A stretch of 64,000 bases of DNA from contig CANMTQ010000010.1 in the NCBI GenBank assembly GCA_947500835.1, positions 129,715 to 193,714 of the forward strand, read 5' to 3'. The translations under genes were made by a program, and so were the position numbers. Of the stretch, positions 51,594 through 62,416 are shown one piece after another. The notes beneath the pieces are model-generated. The model had not been told where the DNA came from and searched no databases. It worked only from the letters and a program-made list of their open reading frames with translations. Position 1 is the first letter of the stretch, and each line of letters opens with the position of its first letter. Origin of the DNA: an uncultured Halomonas sp. Lineage in GTDB: Bacteria > Pseudomonadota > Gammaproteobacteria > Pseudomonadales > Halomonadaceae.

Positions 51594-51636
51594 ACCTAGC
51601 TCCCCCCTCACCCACTTGCATGCCCTGGCACACTAC

Positions 51637-51668
51637 GAAACCGGCCCTTTGAAGGCCGGTTTCTTTTG
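51637..51668 (+). terminator. Terminator between the convergent DUF2788 and ihfA genes
   Basis: GAAACCGGCC-CTTTGAA-GGCCGGTTTC followed by TTTT. Confidence 0.7.
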
Positions 51669-51707
51669 TCGTTTGCCTGGTATTTTTTCCTGCGGTTCAA
51701 GTGTGGC

Positions 51708-52028
51708 TCAAGCATCCGTATCCATGAGCGCAGGCTGACCCGCATAATCCTCGACTCGGGCCTTGAGCTTCTGACCTGGCCGAAACGTCACGACGCGGCG
51801 CGCCGAAATAGGGATCTCTTCGCCGGTTTTCGGGTTTCGCCCAGGACGCTGACCTTTATCGCGTAAATCGAAATTGCCGAAACCGGATAGCTTGACCTGT
51901 TCGTTTTCGCGCAGGCAGCCACGTATTTCCTCGAAGAAAGCTTCTACCATCGTCTTGGCTTCACGCTTCGAGAATCCCAGCTCACCATGCAGATGTTCTG
52001 CCAGTTCCGCCTTGGTCAACGCCCCCAT
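51708..52028 (-). CDS. ihfA: Integration host factor alpha
   Basis: [40 protein letters not shown]; follows pheT. Confidence 0.97.
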   Translation of the reverse strand: MGALTKAELAEHLHGELGFSKREAKTMVEAFFEEIRGCLRENEQVKLSGFGNFDLRDKGQRPGRNPKTGEEIPISARRVVTFRPGQKLKARVEDYAGQPALMDTDA

Positions 52029-52064
52029 AACCACTCCCCCTCTACAGGATCCTATCCCAGTCAC

Positions 52065-54467
52065 TCAGCCACGGAGTTCCGCGTCGAAGCGTTGACTGGA
52101 CTCAGTAACGATTGTATCGACTAACTGATTGATTTCCTCATCATTGAGCGTGCGCGAAGGATGCTGCCAGGTCAAGCCCAGTGCAATACTCTTGTTGCCT
52201 TCCGCGATTCCTGCCCCTCGATAGACATCGAACAGGTGCAGATCCGTCAGCCATTCGCCTGCGCATTCACGTAGCGTATCAAGCAAGGCTTGAACCGGAA
52301 TATCATCACTTATGATTAATGCCAGATCGCGACGAACCTCCGGGTAGCGAGACAATACGCTGAAAGCAGGCAAGCGCCCCTGGGTCAGCGCATCAAGGCG
52401 CATCTCGAAAAGAAACACGTCAGGTTTGATGCCAAGCTCAGAGCGCAGCGCTGGATGCAGAGCGCCGAGCCAGCCCACCGCTTCTCCTTGATGGACCAAG
52501 CGAGCCGTCTGGCCTGGATGCAACGCAGGATGCTCCGATGGCTCGAAACGCCAGGACTCCTCGTTACCGCCCAGCTTCAGCAGACTCTCGACGTCGCCCT
52601 TGAGATCAAAGAAATCCACGCCGTCACGACGGGCCGCCCACCCTTCCGGATCTCGGGACCCACAGATCAAGCCACTCAGCATTGGAATCTGCTCGACGCT
52701 GTCCAATTCACCCCGAAAGACAAGCCCGGTTTCGAATAGCCGAATGCGGGACTGCTGCCGGTTCAGGTTATAGGTCAACGCTTTTACGAGCCCTGGAAAC
52801 AGGCTTGCCCGCATGACCGCCATATCGCTGGATATCGGATTGGCCAGACGGGGTGCGGTCATGTCCGGTGCCAATAGCGCCTGCAGCTCCGGTGCCACGA
52901 AGCTATAGGTGATGGCTTCCTGGTAACCACGCGCCACCAGCTGGCGACGCAAGCGTGTCAGGGGCTGACGGCGTTCATCATCGGCAACGAGCCCAAGCCG
53001 CGCCGCTGGCCGGCGTACAGGCAAGCGATTGTAGCCATGAATACGCGCCAACTCTTCGATCAGATCCTCTTCGATCGCTATATCAAAGCGCCAGCTGGGT
53101 ATCTTGACCAGCCAGGCACCGGTTTCATCGGCTACGTCAACCACATCACGACTGACCTGCATGCCGAGCCGTTCGAGGATATCGACGATCTCCGTATCGG
53201 GAAGCCTGATGTTCAGACACTGCTCGATGCGTGACCCGCGCAGGCGGACCTGACGCTCACCGGGTAGATGCTCCGCGCTGAAGGTTTCTTTGATTGGCCC
53301 TGGCTCGCCTCCGGCGATCTCGACCAGCAGTGCCGTGGCTCGTTCCGCCGCCTGGCGGGGTAATTCAAAATCGACACCGCGCTCGAAACGGTGCGACGCG
53401 TCCGTATGCAGGCCATAAGAGCGGGCTTGGCCGGCAATCGCCAGAGGAGTGAAGAAAGCGGATTCGAGAAACACATCCCGGGTTTCAGGGCTGACACCTG
53501 AATGCTCACCTCCCATTACGCCGGCAATCGCCAGTACCTTGTCACAATCCGCAATGACCAACGTGCCTTCCCGCAGTGCAATGTCCTGGCCGTCGAGAAG
53601 TACCAGACGCTCCCCTTTTTTAGCGGGGCGAACTTCGATCGCTTCCTGCAGATTTGCCAGATCGAAGGCATGCAGGGGCTGCCCCAGCTCGAGCATTACG
53701 TAGTTAGTGATATCGACCACCGCATCGATGGAGCGCAGGCCGGAACGTCGCAGCCGTTCGACCATCCATAGCGGCGTAGGCGCTGTCACATCGATATTCT
53801 TGATCACCCGCCCCACATAGCGCGGGCACTGCTCCGGCGCACTGAGCCGGACAGGGAACTCATCGTCATGACTAGGCGCCTGAGGCGCAAGATCAGGGTT
53901 GTTCAGGGTCAGACGGTTGAGCACACCAACCTCTCGAGCCATTCCTTTAAGACTCAGGCAATCACCGCGGTTAGGAGTCAGATCGACTTCGATGGTGCTG
54001 TCGTCCAGGGTCATCCAGTCACGCAGACTCCGGCCAACCGGTGCGCTCAAGGGCAGCTCGAGAATTCCTGGCGACGTCTCTTCCTCGAGACCCAACTCCG
54101 AGGCGGAGCAGATCATGCCCCTGGATTCGACGCCCCGCAGCTTAGCCTCCTTGATCTTGAAATCGCCGGGCAGCACGGCACCTACCTGGGCGAAAGGCAC
54201 CTTCTGACCTACTGCCACGTTGGGCGCGCCGCATACCACCTGTATCGGGTTGCCGGACCCGTCATCCACCTGGCACACGTTGAGCTTGTCTGCGTCCGGG
54301 TGCGGCTCCTTGGCAACGACTTCCGCCACCAGGACACCCTCGAATTTGGCGGCAACCGCTTCCAGGGCCTCCACTTCGAGACCCGCCATGGTGATCTGAT
54401 CGGCAAGTGCCTGGGTCGAGAGTTCAGGCGAGACCCATTCGCGCAGCCACTGTTCGGAAAATTTCAT
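52065..54467 (-). CDS. pheT: Phenylalanine--tRNA ligase beta subunit
   Basis: MKFSEQWLREWV start (54467), HPDADKL, CGAPN, LTPNRGDCLS, SHRFERGVD. Confidence 0.97.
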   Translation of the reverse strand: MKFSEQWLREWVSPELSTQALADQITMAGLEVEALEAVAAKFEGVLVAEVVAKEPHPDADKLNVCQVDDGSGNPIQVVCGAPNVAVGQKVPFAQVGAVLPGDFKIKEAKLRGVESRGMICSASELGLEEETSPGILELPLSAPVGRSLRDWMTLDDSTIEVDLTPNRGDCLSLKGMAREVGVLNRLTLNNPDLAPQAPSHDDEFPVRLSAPEQCPRYVGRVIKNIDVTAPTPLWMVERLRRSGLRSIDAVVDITNYVMLELGQPLHAFDLANLQEAIEVRPAKKGERLVLLDGQDIALREGTLVIADCDKVLAIAGVMGGEHSGVSPETRDVFLESAFFTPLAIAGQARSYGLHTDASHRFERGVDFELPRQAAERATALLVEIAGGEPGPIKETFSAEHLPGERQVRLRGSRIEQCLNIRLPDTEIVDILERLGMQVSRDVVDVADETGAWLVKIPSWRFDIAIEEDLIEELARIHGYNRLPVRRPAARLGLVADDERRQPLTRLRRQLVARGYQEAITYSFVAPELQALLAPDMTAPRLANPISSDMAVMRASLFPGLVKALTYNLNRQQSRIRLFETGLVFRGELDSVEQIPMLSGLICGSRDPEGWAARRDGVDFFDLKGDVESLLKLGGNEESWRFEPSEHPALHPGQTARLVHQGEAVGWLGALHPALRSELGIKPDVFLFEMRLDALTQGRLPAFSVLSRYPEVRRDLALIISDDIPVQALLDTLRECAGEWLTDLHLFDVYRGAGIAEGNKSIALGLTWQHPSRTLNDEEINQLVDTIVTESSQRFDAELRG

Positions 54468-54492
54468 CGTGCGTCTCCGCCTCCATTGAGAA

Positions 54493-55515
<1,023 letters not shown>

Positions 55516-55563
55516 CTACTCCAATAATGTCCGTGTCTCAGAATGCGTCAGCTAAACGCAACC

Positions 55564-55600
55564 CAAAAAAACAGGGGAAGAGCGACTGCTCTTCCCCTGC
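55564..55600 (-). terminator. Strong intrinsic terminator/attenuator between rplT and pheS
   Basis: CAGGGGAAGAGC-AGTC-GCTCTTCCCCTG followed by T7 on the minus strand. Confidence 0.85.
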
Positions 55601-55649
55601 GAGATTCACAACGAGCCGATTATCTGAAGTAACCGACTTCATCGTTCAC

Positions 55650-56003
55650 TTAGCTAGCAGCCTTGGCCTTTTCGACGATAGCAGCAAAGGTCGCCTTTTC
55701 ATGGACAGCAAGATCGGCCAGTACTTTGCGATCGATCTCGATACCTGATTTCTTGAGACCAGCGATGAATCGGCTGTAGGACAAGCCGTTCTGACGTGCG
55801 GCAGCATTGATACGTGCAATCCATAGCGCGCGGAACTGACGCTTGCGCTGACGACGGTCGCGATAGGCATACTGTCCTGCCTTGATGACCGCCTGCTTGG
55901 CAACACGAAATACACGAGACCGGGCACCGTAGTAACCCTTGGCCTGCTTCAAGATCTTCTTGTGACGACGACGGGCGACAACGCCACGTTTGACACGACT
56001 CAT
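55650..56003 (-). CDS. rplT: 50S ribosomal protein L20
   Basis: [16 protein letters not shown]...[24 protein letters not shown]. Confidence 0.99.
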   Translation of the reverse strand: MSRVKRGVVARRRHKKILKQAKGYYGARSRVFRVAKQAVIKAGQYAYRDRRQRKRQFRALWIARINAAARQNGLSYSRFIAGLKKSGIEIDRKVLADLAVHEKATFAAIVEKAKAAS

Positions 56004-56040
56004 AGTTTTCTCCTGACGTTAAGAAATTCGACCGCGGGCG

Positions 56041-56235
56041 TTACAGATTGGGCAGCATGCGCTGAATCAGCGCTTTATCGGCATCATGAACCAGCTTGGT
56101 GCCGCGCAACTGACGCTTACGCTTGGTAGACTTCTTGGTCAGGATATGACTACGAAAAGACTGCTTGTGCTTGAAGCCATTAGCAGTCTTCTTGAAGCGC
56201 TTGGCAGCGCCTCTGTTACTCTTGATCTTCGGCAT
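56041..56235 (-). CDS. rpmI: 50S ribosomal protein L35
   Basis: [17 protein letters not shown]...HILTKK. Confidence 0.98.
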   Translation of the reverse strand: MPKIKSNRGAAKRFKKTANGFKHKQSFRSHILTKKSTKRKRQLRGTKLVHDADKALIQRMLPNL

Positions 56236-56324
56236 GAGGGAACACTCCACTCGGGTTCTTTAGAAAATCCGTGGCCAATGGTCGGGGTATCATTACCACG
56301 CCCATTCGTTGACTTGCCTGCGGA

Positions 56325-56864
56325 TCACTTCTTCTTGGGGGCAATGATCATGACCATCTGGCGCCCTTCCATCTTCGGAAAGGACTCGACTGTTCCCAGA
56401 TCTTCAAGATCCGACGCAATCCGCTCCATCAGCTTGCGGCCGATATCCTGGTGCGCCATTTCACGACCGCGAAAACGCAGTGTGACCTTGCCCTTGTCGC
56501 CACCTTCGAGGAAACGCGTCAGGTTCTTGAGTTTTACCTGATAGTCGCCCTCGTCAGTGCCAGGCCGGAATTTTACTTCCTTGACCTGAATCTGCTTGGT
56601 TTTCTTTTTCTGAGCGCCTTTCTGCTTTTTTTGCTCGAAAAGAAACTTACCGTAATCCATGATCTTGCAGACGATGGGGTCGGCATTGGAAATCTGCACG
56701 AGATCCAAACCTGCTGCCTCGGCTCTTTCCAACGCTTCACTGGTCGGTACGACACCGATTTGCTCACCGTCGCTTTCGATAAGACGAACTTCGTCTTCCA
56801 GGATTCGGTCATTCATTGGGGGGCGTTTGTCTTGAGGACGCCCACGCTGTGTATTCCTCTTGAT
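56325..56864 (-). CDS. infC: Translation initiation factor IF-3 (probable non-AUG start, ATC)
   Basis: [24 protein letters not shown]; GGAG RBS 8 nt before in-frame ATC at 56864. Confidence 0.95.
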   Translation of the reverse strand: MKRNTQRGRPQDKRPPMNDRILEDEVRLIESDGEQIGVVPTSEALERAEAAGLDLVQISNADPIVCKIMDYGKFLFEQKKQKGAQKKKTKQIQVKEVKFRPGTDEGDYQVKLKNLTRFLEGGDKGKVTLRFRGREMAHQDIGRKLMERIASDLEDLGTVESFPKMEGRQMVMIIAPKKK

Positions 56865-56883
56865 CGTTAAATCTCCGTTCCGG

Positions 56884-58794
56884 TTAACGTTGTGATCGGC
56901 CCCGCTCGGTTTCAAGACGAGCAACGAGCTCATCCACTTGCATGGTGCCCAGATCTTCACCGCTACGAGTACGCACAGCCACTGAGTCGGACTCTATTTC
57001 CTTGTCCCCTACTACAAGCAGGTACGGGACCTTCTGCAACGTATGTTCACGGATTTTAAAGCCGATCTTCTCGTTCCTCAAGTCCGCCTTGACGCGAAGC
57101 CCGATTTTCTGCAATCGCTGTTCGAGTTCGACGGCATAATCACGCTGGGCATCGGTAATGGTCAGCACGACAGCCTGTTGTGGTGCGAGCCATAATGGCA
57201 ATGCCCCAGCATAGTGCTCGATCAGAATTCCCAGGAAGCGCTCGAAAGAGCCCAGGATTGCACGATGCAGCATGACGGGAGTCTTGCGGGCACCGTCTTC
57301 ATCGACATATTGCGCCCCAAGGCGTTCAGGCAGATTGAAATCGAGCTGCAGAGTACCACATTGCCAGACGCGGTTGAGACAATCGCGAAGAGAAAATTCG
57401 ATCTTGGGACCGTAAAAGGCGCCCTCGCCAGGTAGTAATTCCCATTCGAGTCCAGAGGCGTCCAGCGCCTGAGCCAGCCCCTTCTCGGCTCGCTCCCAGT
57501 TTTCCGGCTCGCCGACATAGGATTCCGGACGAGTGGAGAGCTTGAGCTCCACATCCTCGAACCCCAGTTCGCGATAGACCTGCAGCGTCAAGGCAATGAA
57601 GGCTTCGGCTTCGGATTGAATCTGAGCCTCGGTACAGAAGATGTGAGCATCATCTTGGGTAAACGCTCGCACCCGCATCAAACCATGCAACGACCCGGAT
57701 GGCTCGTTGCGATGACAGCTACCGAACTCCGCCAGACGCAGAGGCAGATCACGATAGCTTTTGAGCCCTTGATTGAAGACCTGCACATGGCCTGGGCAAT
57801 TCATGGGCTTTACGGCAAAATCCCGCTTCTCCGATTCCGTGACAAACATCAGCTCGGAGTAGTGCCCCCAGTGACCGGACTTTTTCCACAGCGATAGATC
57901 GAGCACCTGGGGCGTCTTGATTTCCTGATAGCCATGCTCTTGCTGCACACGACGCATGTACTGCTCAAGGGCCTGATAAATGGTCCATCCGTTAGGATGC
58001 CAAAACACCATGCCTGGCGCTTCTTCCTGAAGGTGAAACAGATCCATACGCTTGGCCAGCTTGCGATGGTCTCGTTTCTCAGCCTCTTCGAGACGCTTCA
58101 GATACGCCTTGAGCTGCTTGCTGTCCGGCCAGGCGGTTCCATAGATGCGCGTAAGCATGGGGTTTTCCGCGTCGCCACGCCAGTAGGCGCCCGCCATCTT
58201 GGTCAGCTTGAATGCTTTCAGATGCCGCGTGTTCGGCACATGAGGCCCGCGGCACATGTCGATATATTCTTCATGGTGATACAGGCGAATGGTCTCGCCT
58301 TCCGGAATGCCTCGCACAATCTCCTGCTTGTAGGGCTCGTCGCGGTGCAAAAAGGTCAGCATTGCCTTGTCGCGATCGACGTACTCCCGGACCACGTCAT
58401 AGTTGCTATCGATCAGTTGCTTCATGCGCTGCTCGATGGCAGCAAGATCATCCGGCGTTATCGAACGCTCGAAATCGATGTCGTAATAAAAACCGTCTTC
58501 GATCACCGGCCCAATCGCCATCTTGGCATCCGGATAGAGCTGCTTGACCGCATGACCAATCAAGTGGGCGCAGGAGTGGCGAATGATTTCGAGGCCCTCG
58601 GCGTCTCGCGCCGTCAAGATAGCGACTTGGGCATCGCGATCGATGATGTCCGCGGCATCCGCGGCAACGCCATCGATCTTGCCGCCTAGGCAGGCCTTCG
58701 CCAGGCCGGGACCGATGGATTCGGCAAGCTGCATGATGCTAAGGGGTGTATCGAAAGTTCTCTGGCTGCCATCCGGCAGTGTCACGATTGGCAT
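56884..58794 (-). CDS. thrS: Threonine--tRNA ligase
   Basis: [52 protein letters not shown]. Confidence 0.98.
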   Translation of the reverse strand: MPIVTLPDGSQRTFDTPLSIMQLAESIGPGLAKACLGGKIDGVAADAADIIDRDAQVAILTARDAEGLEIIRHSCAHLIGHAVKQLYPDAKMAIGPVIEDGFYYDIDFERSITPDDLAAIEQRMKQLIDSNYDVVREYVDRDKAMLTFLHRDEPYKQEIVRGIPEGETIRLYHHEEYIDMCRGPHVPNTRHLKAFKLTKMAGAYWRGDAENPMLTRIYGTAWPDSKQLKAYLKRLEEAEKRDHRKLAKRMDLFHLQEEAPGMVFWHPNGWTIYQALEQYMRRVQQEHGYQEIKTPQVLDLSLWKKSGHWGHYSELMFVTESEKRDFAVKPMNCPGHVQVFNQGLKSYRDLPLRLAEFGSCHRNEPSGSLHGLMRVRAFTQDDAHIFCTEAQIQSEAEAFIALTLQVYRELGFEDVELKLSTRPESYVGEPENWERAEKGLAQALDASGLEWELLPGEGAFYGPKIEFSLRDCLNRVWQCGTLQLDFNLPERLGAQYVDEDGARKTPVMLHRAILGSFERFLGILIEHYAGALPLWLAPQQAVVLTITDAQRDYAVELEQRLQKIGLRVKADLRNEKIGFKIREHTLQKVPYLLVVGDKEIESDSVAVRTRSGEDLGTMQVDELVARLETERGRSQR

Positions 58795-58818
58795 GAAAAA
58801 ACGTCCTTGAGCGCAGTG

Positions 58819-58839
58819 GTGATCCATACCAGGGACCAC
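58819..58839 (-). promoter_or_regulatory. thrS leader hairpin mimicking the tRNA-Thr(GGU) anticodon arm (putative translational operator)
   Basis: GUGGUCC-CUGGUAU-GGAUCAC: 7-bp stem with one G-U pair and a 7-nt loop with GGU at the anticodon positions, -45 to -25 from the ATG. Confidence 0.65.
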
Positions 58840-58957
58840 GTATCGCAGGAGAATGATGAAACATCGCTAGCAGGCAATGAAATACGAAGGGCGAAACATT
58901 AGCAGTTGGTGGCAGTCTCAGTCCATACCTGACCACTCAAGACAGCCAATCAATACA

Positions 58958-58986
58958 GAAAAAGGGGCGCCTTTGGGCGCCCCTTT
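58958..58986 (-). terminator. Intrinsic terminator after the OmpA-family gene
   Basis: AAAGGGGCGCC-TTTG-GGCGCCCCTTT with an extended T-run on the minus strand. Confidence 0.8.
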
Positions 58987-59025
58987 CATTAGTCATCTAT
59001 AAGTCAGATAACGTTTTCCTGTAGC

Positions 59026-59922
59026 TTACTGCTGCCACTCGCCCAATTCGACGCGGCGGTTCTCGGCGCGACCTTGCTGGGTTTCGTTACTGGCAACCGG
59101 CTGCTCTTCGCCATAGCCGATCGCCTGCATGCGGCTTTCGGAAATGCCCTGAGACGCCAGGTAAGATTTCACGGAATCCGCACGGCGCTGGGACAGTTCC
59201 TTGTTGTAAGCATCTGGGCCAACAGAGTCGGTGTGACCTTCGACACGTACGCGAACATTTTCATTTCCGCGCAGCTTGTCGGCAACACCATTCAGGATCT
59301 GTTCGGCGTTAGACGTCAGTTGAGCGGAGTCGAATTCGAAGTTGACATCACGCAGAACCACGTCGGCTTCACAGCCAAGGGCGTTGACCTGAGCACCAGC
59401 TGGAGTGTTCGGGCACTGGTCCATGTAGTCCGGCACGCCGTCACCATCGGAGTCCAGCGGGCAACCGGAAGCATCGACTTCAACACCGGCCGGTGTTCCC
59501 GGGCACTCGTCCTGATAATCCGGAACGCCATCACCATCGGTATCGAGCGGGCAACCATTGGCATCTACCGCCACGCCTGCAGGCGTGTTGGGGCACTGGT
59601 CACGATCATCCGGGACGCCGTCGCCGTCACTATCGCCAGTAGCGCTCGAGTAATCGGCACACAGCAAGGCGCCAGCAGTTGCGCCTGCAACCCCGCCCAA
59701 AGCCAGGCCATCATCTTCATCGGATTCGCTACTGGTGGCGTAGCCGATGCCACCACCGATCAAGCCACCTGCCAAGCCGCAGACGAACGGGCTCTGATAC
59801 CACGCTTTTTGATCACTACTGCTCATCGAGGACTGTGAGGATTGTCCGCCAGAGCTGGCGCAACCTGACAGTCCAACGACCAAAGCAGAACCTAACAGCA
59901 AGCCAGTTGTTGATTTCTTCAT
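59026..59922 (-). CDS. OmpA-family lipoprotein with glycine zipper and TSP3-like Ca-binding repeats
   Basis: Lipobox LSGC, GGLIGGGIG zipper, DxDGDGVPD repeats, NFEFDS, EGHTDS, LSQRRA, NRRVE. Confidence 0.93.
   Translation of the reverse strand: MKKSTTGLLLGSALVVGLSGCASSGGQSSQSSMSSSDQKAWYQSPFVCGLAGGLIGGGIGYATSSESDEDDGLALGGVAGATAGALLCADYSSATGDSDGDGVPDDRDQCPNTPAGVAVDANGCPLDTDGDGVPDYQDECPGTPAGVEVDASGCPLDSDGDGVPDYMDQCPNTPAGAQVNALGCEADVVLRDVNFEFDSAQLTSNAEQILNGVADKLRGNENVRVRVEGHTDSVGPDAYNKELSQRRADSVKSYLASQGISESRMQAIGYGEEQPVASNETQQGRAENRRVELGEWQQ
59371..59637 (-). repeat. Three ~87-bp (29-aa) intragenic repeats DxDGDGVPD..D.CP.TPAG..V...GC
   Basis: Visible in both the protein and the DNA. Confidence 0.85.
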
Positions 59923-60297
59923 GTAACACTCCTTCATTCACATAACGCTAGGCGTAACGACACGTTACTCAGTGGGTCTATCCTGGAGCCCAATAGGAGG
60001 CAGAGCGGCTACCACTCAAACTTTCCCACGGAAAAAGAAAGCACATTTATGCCTTTCGAGCCAGTGCTTTCCGAATATTTTCGCAATGTTTATCAACGAT
60101 ACGCATTTAATTTTATCGCGAGCATCAAACCAACCTGTAACCATTGTACTGCTCAAATCACATCTTGCATTAGCAATTTGTAAGGCTGCAGAATTCTAAG
60201 CAATTATGCAACATTACGATCAACAAACCCACTTTTAATATAGTAGATTCTTGATATTGCCAAGCATAATTTCGTCATTTGTAACGTCTGTCAATAT

Positions 60298-60765
60298 CTA
60301 TCGCTCGCTTGTTACCCATTGCTGTTTGAAATCGAGCACAGCCGACGCCGCTTCATGAATATCATCATGTAGTGCTTGTTCTACTGCAATGCGCTCCCGA
60401 TCCTCCTTGAAGCGCTCTCGCGGGGTCAAGGCGCTACGCGCAGAATGGGTGTGCAAGTGAGCGGTACGTTGATACACCTTGGCAAAGGGTGTGAACGACG
60501 CTCGCTCCAACAGGGCTGGGTCAATGATCTCCAGCAAAACCTTGCAGCGAAGACTGCCTTCGACCAGATCTACCTGATCCGCTAGCATTGCTTGAGCAAT
60601 CATCTCGAGACTTTCCAGACAATTGTCGTTGGCCCGGCGAATTTCATCTTCACGAAACGCTTGACGCCGTTTGACTTCGCGCAAAAGTTTCAGCGCGTAA
60701 CCGGCCAGTGCAACGATTACGATCACTGCGATACCCAACAATCCCCAGGCCAGGACTTCGCTCAT
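60298..60765 (-). CDS. DUF2489 domain protein
   Basis: N-terminal TM helix, ESLEMIA.AM..DQVDLVEG.LR...LL; start trimmed to ATG 60765. Confidence 0.75.
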   Translation of the reverse strand: MSEVLAWGLLGIAVIVIVALAGYALKLLREVKRRQAFREDEIRRANDNCLESLEMIAQAMLADQVDLVEGSLRCKVLLEIIDPALLERASFTPFAKVYQRTAHLHTHSARSALTPRERFKEDRERIAVEQALHDDIHEAASAVLDFKQQWVTSER

Positions 60766-60905
60766 GCCAACTCCAGCAATAAATTTCGATGAGGTAGTAT
60801 ACGGGTCCCAAAGGATCGCCCCAACTGCTTCATCATCGATGCTCAGATGAACTAGTGTGTAGTAGAGTCGCCCTGCTTTGTTACATGCAAGTTTCGAGGT
60901 TAGCC

Positions 60906-62366
60906 ATGTCCGAATCGACACAGACGTCCGACGAATCAAACACACATCCTTCAATGGCCTCCCGTATCGGTCTTTGGTTGGGTCCTCTCTGGGTTTTGAT
61001 AACCCTGGTCTTCCCGGCGCCATCGGGAATGCCGGATGCCGCCTGGGCCTGTGCGGGGCTCGCATTACTGATGGCCACCTGGTGGGCCACGGAGGCCATT
61101 CCCATACCGGCTACCGCTCTACTGCCATTGGTACTGGTGCCTGCACTTGGCATTGGTGAGCTGGACGCGGCGGCGCCCAGCTATGCTAACCCCATCATAT
61201 TCCTGTTCCTGGGCGGCTTCTTGCTTGGGATTGGCATGCAGCGCTGGAATCTGCACCGGCGGATCGCCTTGAAGGTCCTGCAAATCGTTGGATCAGAGCC
61301 GCGGCGCCAGATCGGTGGATTCATGATCGCCACCGGCTTTCTCAGTATGTGGGTCTCCAATACCGCCACCGCCATCATGATGCTGCCAATCGGCATGTCC
61401 GTGGTCAGCCTGCTCGAAGACAGCGACCCGAAAGAACTCAATCGCTATGCGACCGCGCTGCTTCTGGCGATCGCCTATTCCGCCAGCATAGGCGGCATCG
61501 CGACGCTGATCGGCACGCCCCCCAATGCCCTATTGGCAGGCTATCTGGCGGATGATCGGGGCATCGACATTGGTTTTGCACAGTGGATGGTGGTTGGCGT
61601 ACCGGTGAGCATCGTGATGATGGCGGCGGCCTGGTGGTGGCTGACCCGAGGTGGCTTTTCTCTGGGCGACAATCAGAACAGCGCCACCATGATACGCGGC
61701 GAATTGGATAAACTGGGACGCATGTCTTCCGCTGAACTGCGAGTCGGCACCGTCTTCCTACTTGCTGCCCTCTCCTGGATATTCCGGCCTCTGCTCAATG
61801 ACCTGGGCATTGCCTGGCTGTCGGACACCAACATCGCCATCGCTGCGGGGCTTCTGATGTTCCTACTGCCCAGCGGCAGCAGTGCCGGGGTGCGGTTGCT
61901 CAACTGGGATGAAGCCAAGGAGTTGCCTTGGGGCGTACTGCTGCTGTTTGGCGGCGGTTTGGCCTTGGCAAGCGTCGTCAAGAGTTCGGGGTTGGCGGAA
62001 TGGATTGCCAATCAACTGTCGCTGTTCGAAGCGCTACCCTTGATTGTGCTGATCGGGATAATTGTTCTGATCATCATCTTTCTCACCGAACTGACGTCAA
62101 ACACGGCAACCGCCGCCGCCTTTTTGCCCTTGCTCGGCGCACTGGCGCTGTCCATGGACGTATCGCCACTGTTGATCACCGTGCCCGCGGCCATTGCTGC
62201 AAGCTGTGCCTTCATGATGCCGGTAGCAACACCCCCTAACGCGATCGTCTTCGCGACCGGCCACATGAAGATTCAATCCATGATTCGGGCCGGTTTCATG
62301 CTCAATCTCGTTGGTTCCGTGGTAGTCACTGGGCTTGCCTATCTACTGGTCAGTACCTTCTGGTAA
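60906..62366 (+). CDS. SLC13/DASS family sodium:dicarboxylate (or sulfate) symporter
   Basis: WWATEAIP, SMWVSNTAT, IGTPPN, TELTSNTAT, FMMPVATPPNA. Confidence 0.95.
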   Translation: MSESTQTSDESNTHPSMASRIGLWLGPLWVLITLVFPAPSGMPDAAWACAGLALLMATWWATEAIPIPATALLPLVLVPALGIGELDAAAPSYANPIIFLFLGGFLLGIGMQRWNLHRRIALKVLQIVGSEPRRQIGGFMIATGFLSMWVSNTATAIMMLPIGMSVVSLLEDSDPKELNRYATALLLAIAYSASIGGIATLIGTPPNALLAGYLADDRGIDIGFAQWMVVGVPVSIVMMAAAWWWLTRGGFSLGDNQNSATMIRGELDKLGRMSSAELRVGTVFLLAALSWIFRPLLNDLGIAWLSDTNIAIAAGLLMFLLPSGSSAGVRLLNWDEAKELPWGVLLLFGGGLALASVVKSSGLAEWIANQLSLFEALPLIVLIGIIVLIIIFLTELTSNTATAAAFLPLLGALALSMDVSPLLITVPAAIAASCAFMMPVATPPNAIVFATGHMKIQSMIRAGFMLNLVGSVVVTGLAYLLVSTFW

Positions 62367-62416
62367 CCGATGTCGCTGCGTATCATGGCGCAATTTGCGT
62401 TGTCGACATCGTGAAA

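Noticed and set aside
51594-51707. Expected merR and tRNA-Pro after ihfA
   Set aside because: No cloverleaf, T-loop or MerR ORF; only a terminator hairpin.
59938-60297. Possible sRNA in the AT-rich OmpA upstream region
   Set aside because: No terminator or recognisable family motif; best explained as promoter and leader.
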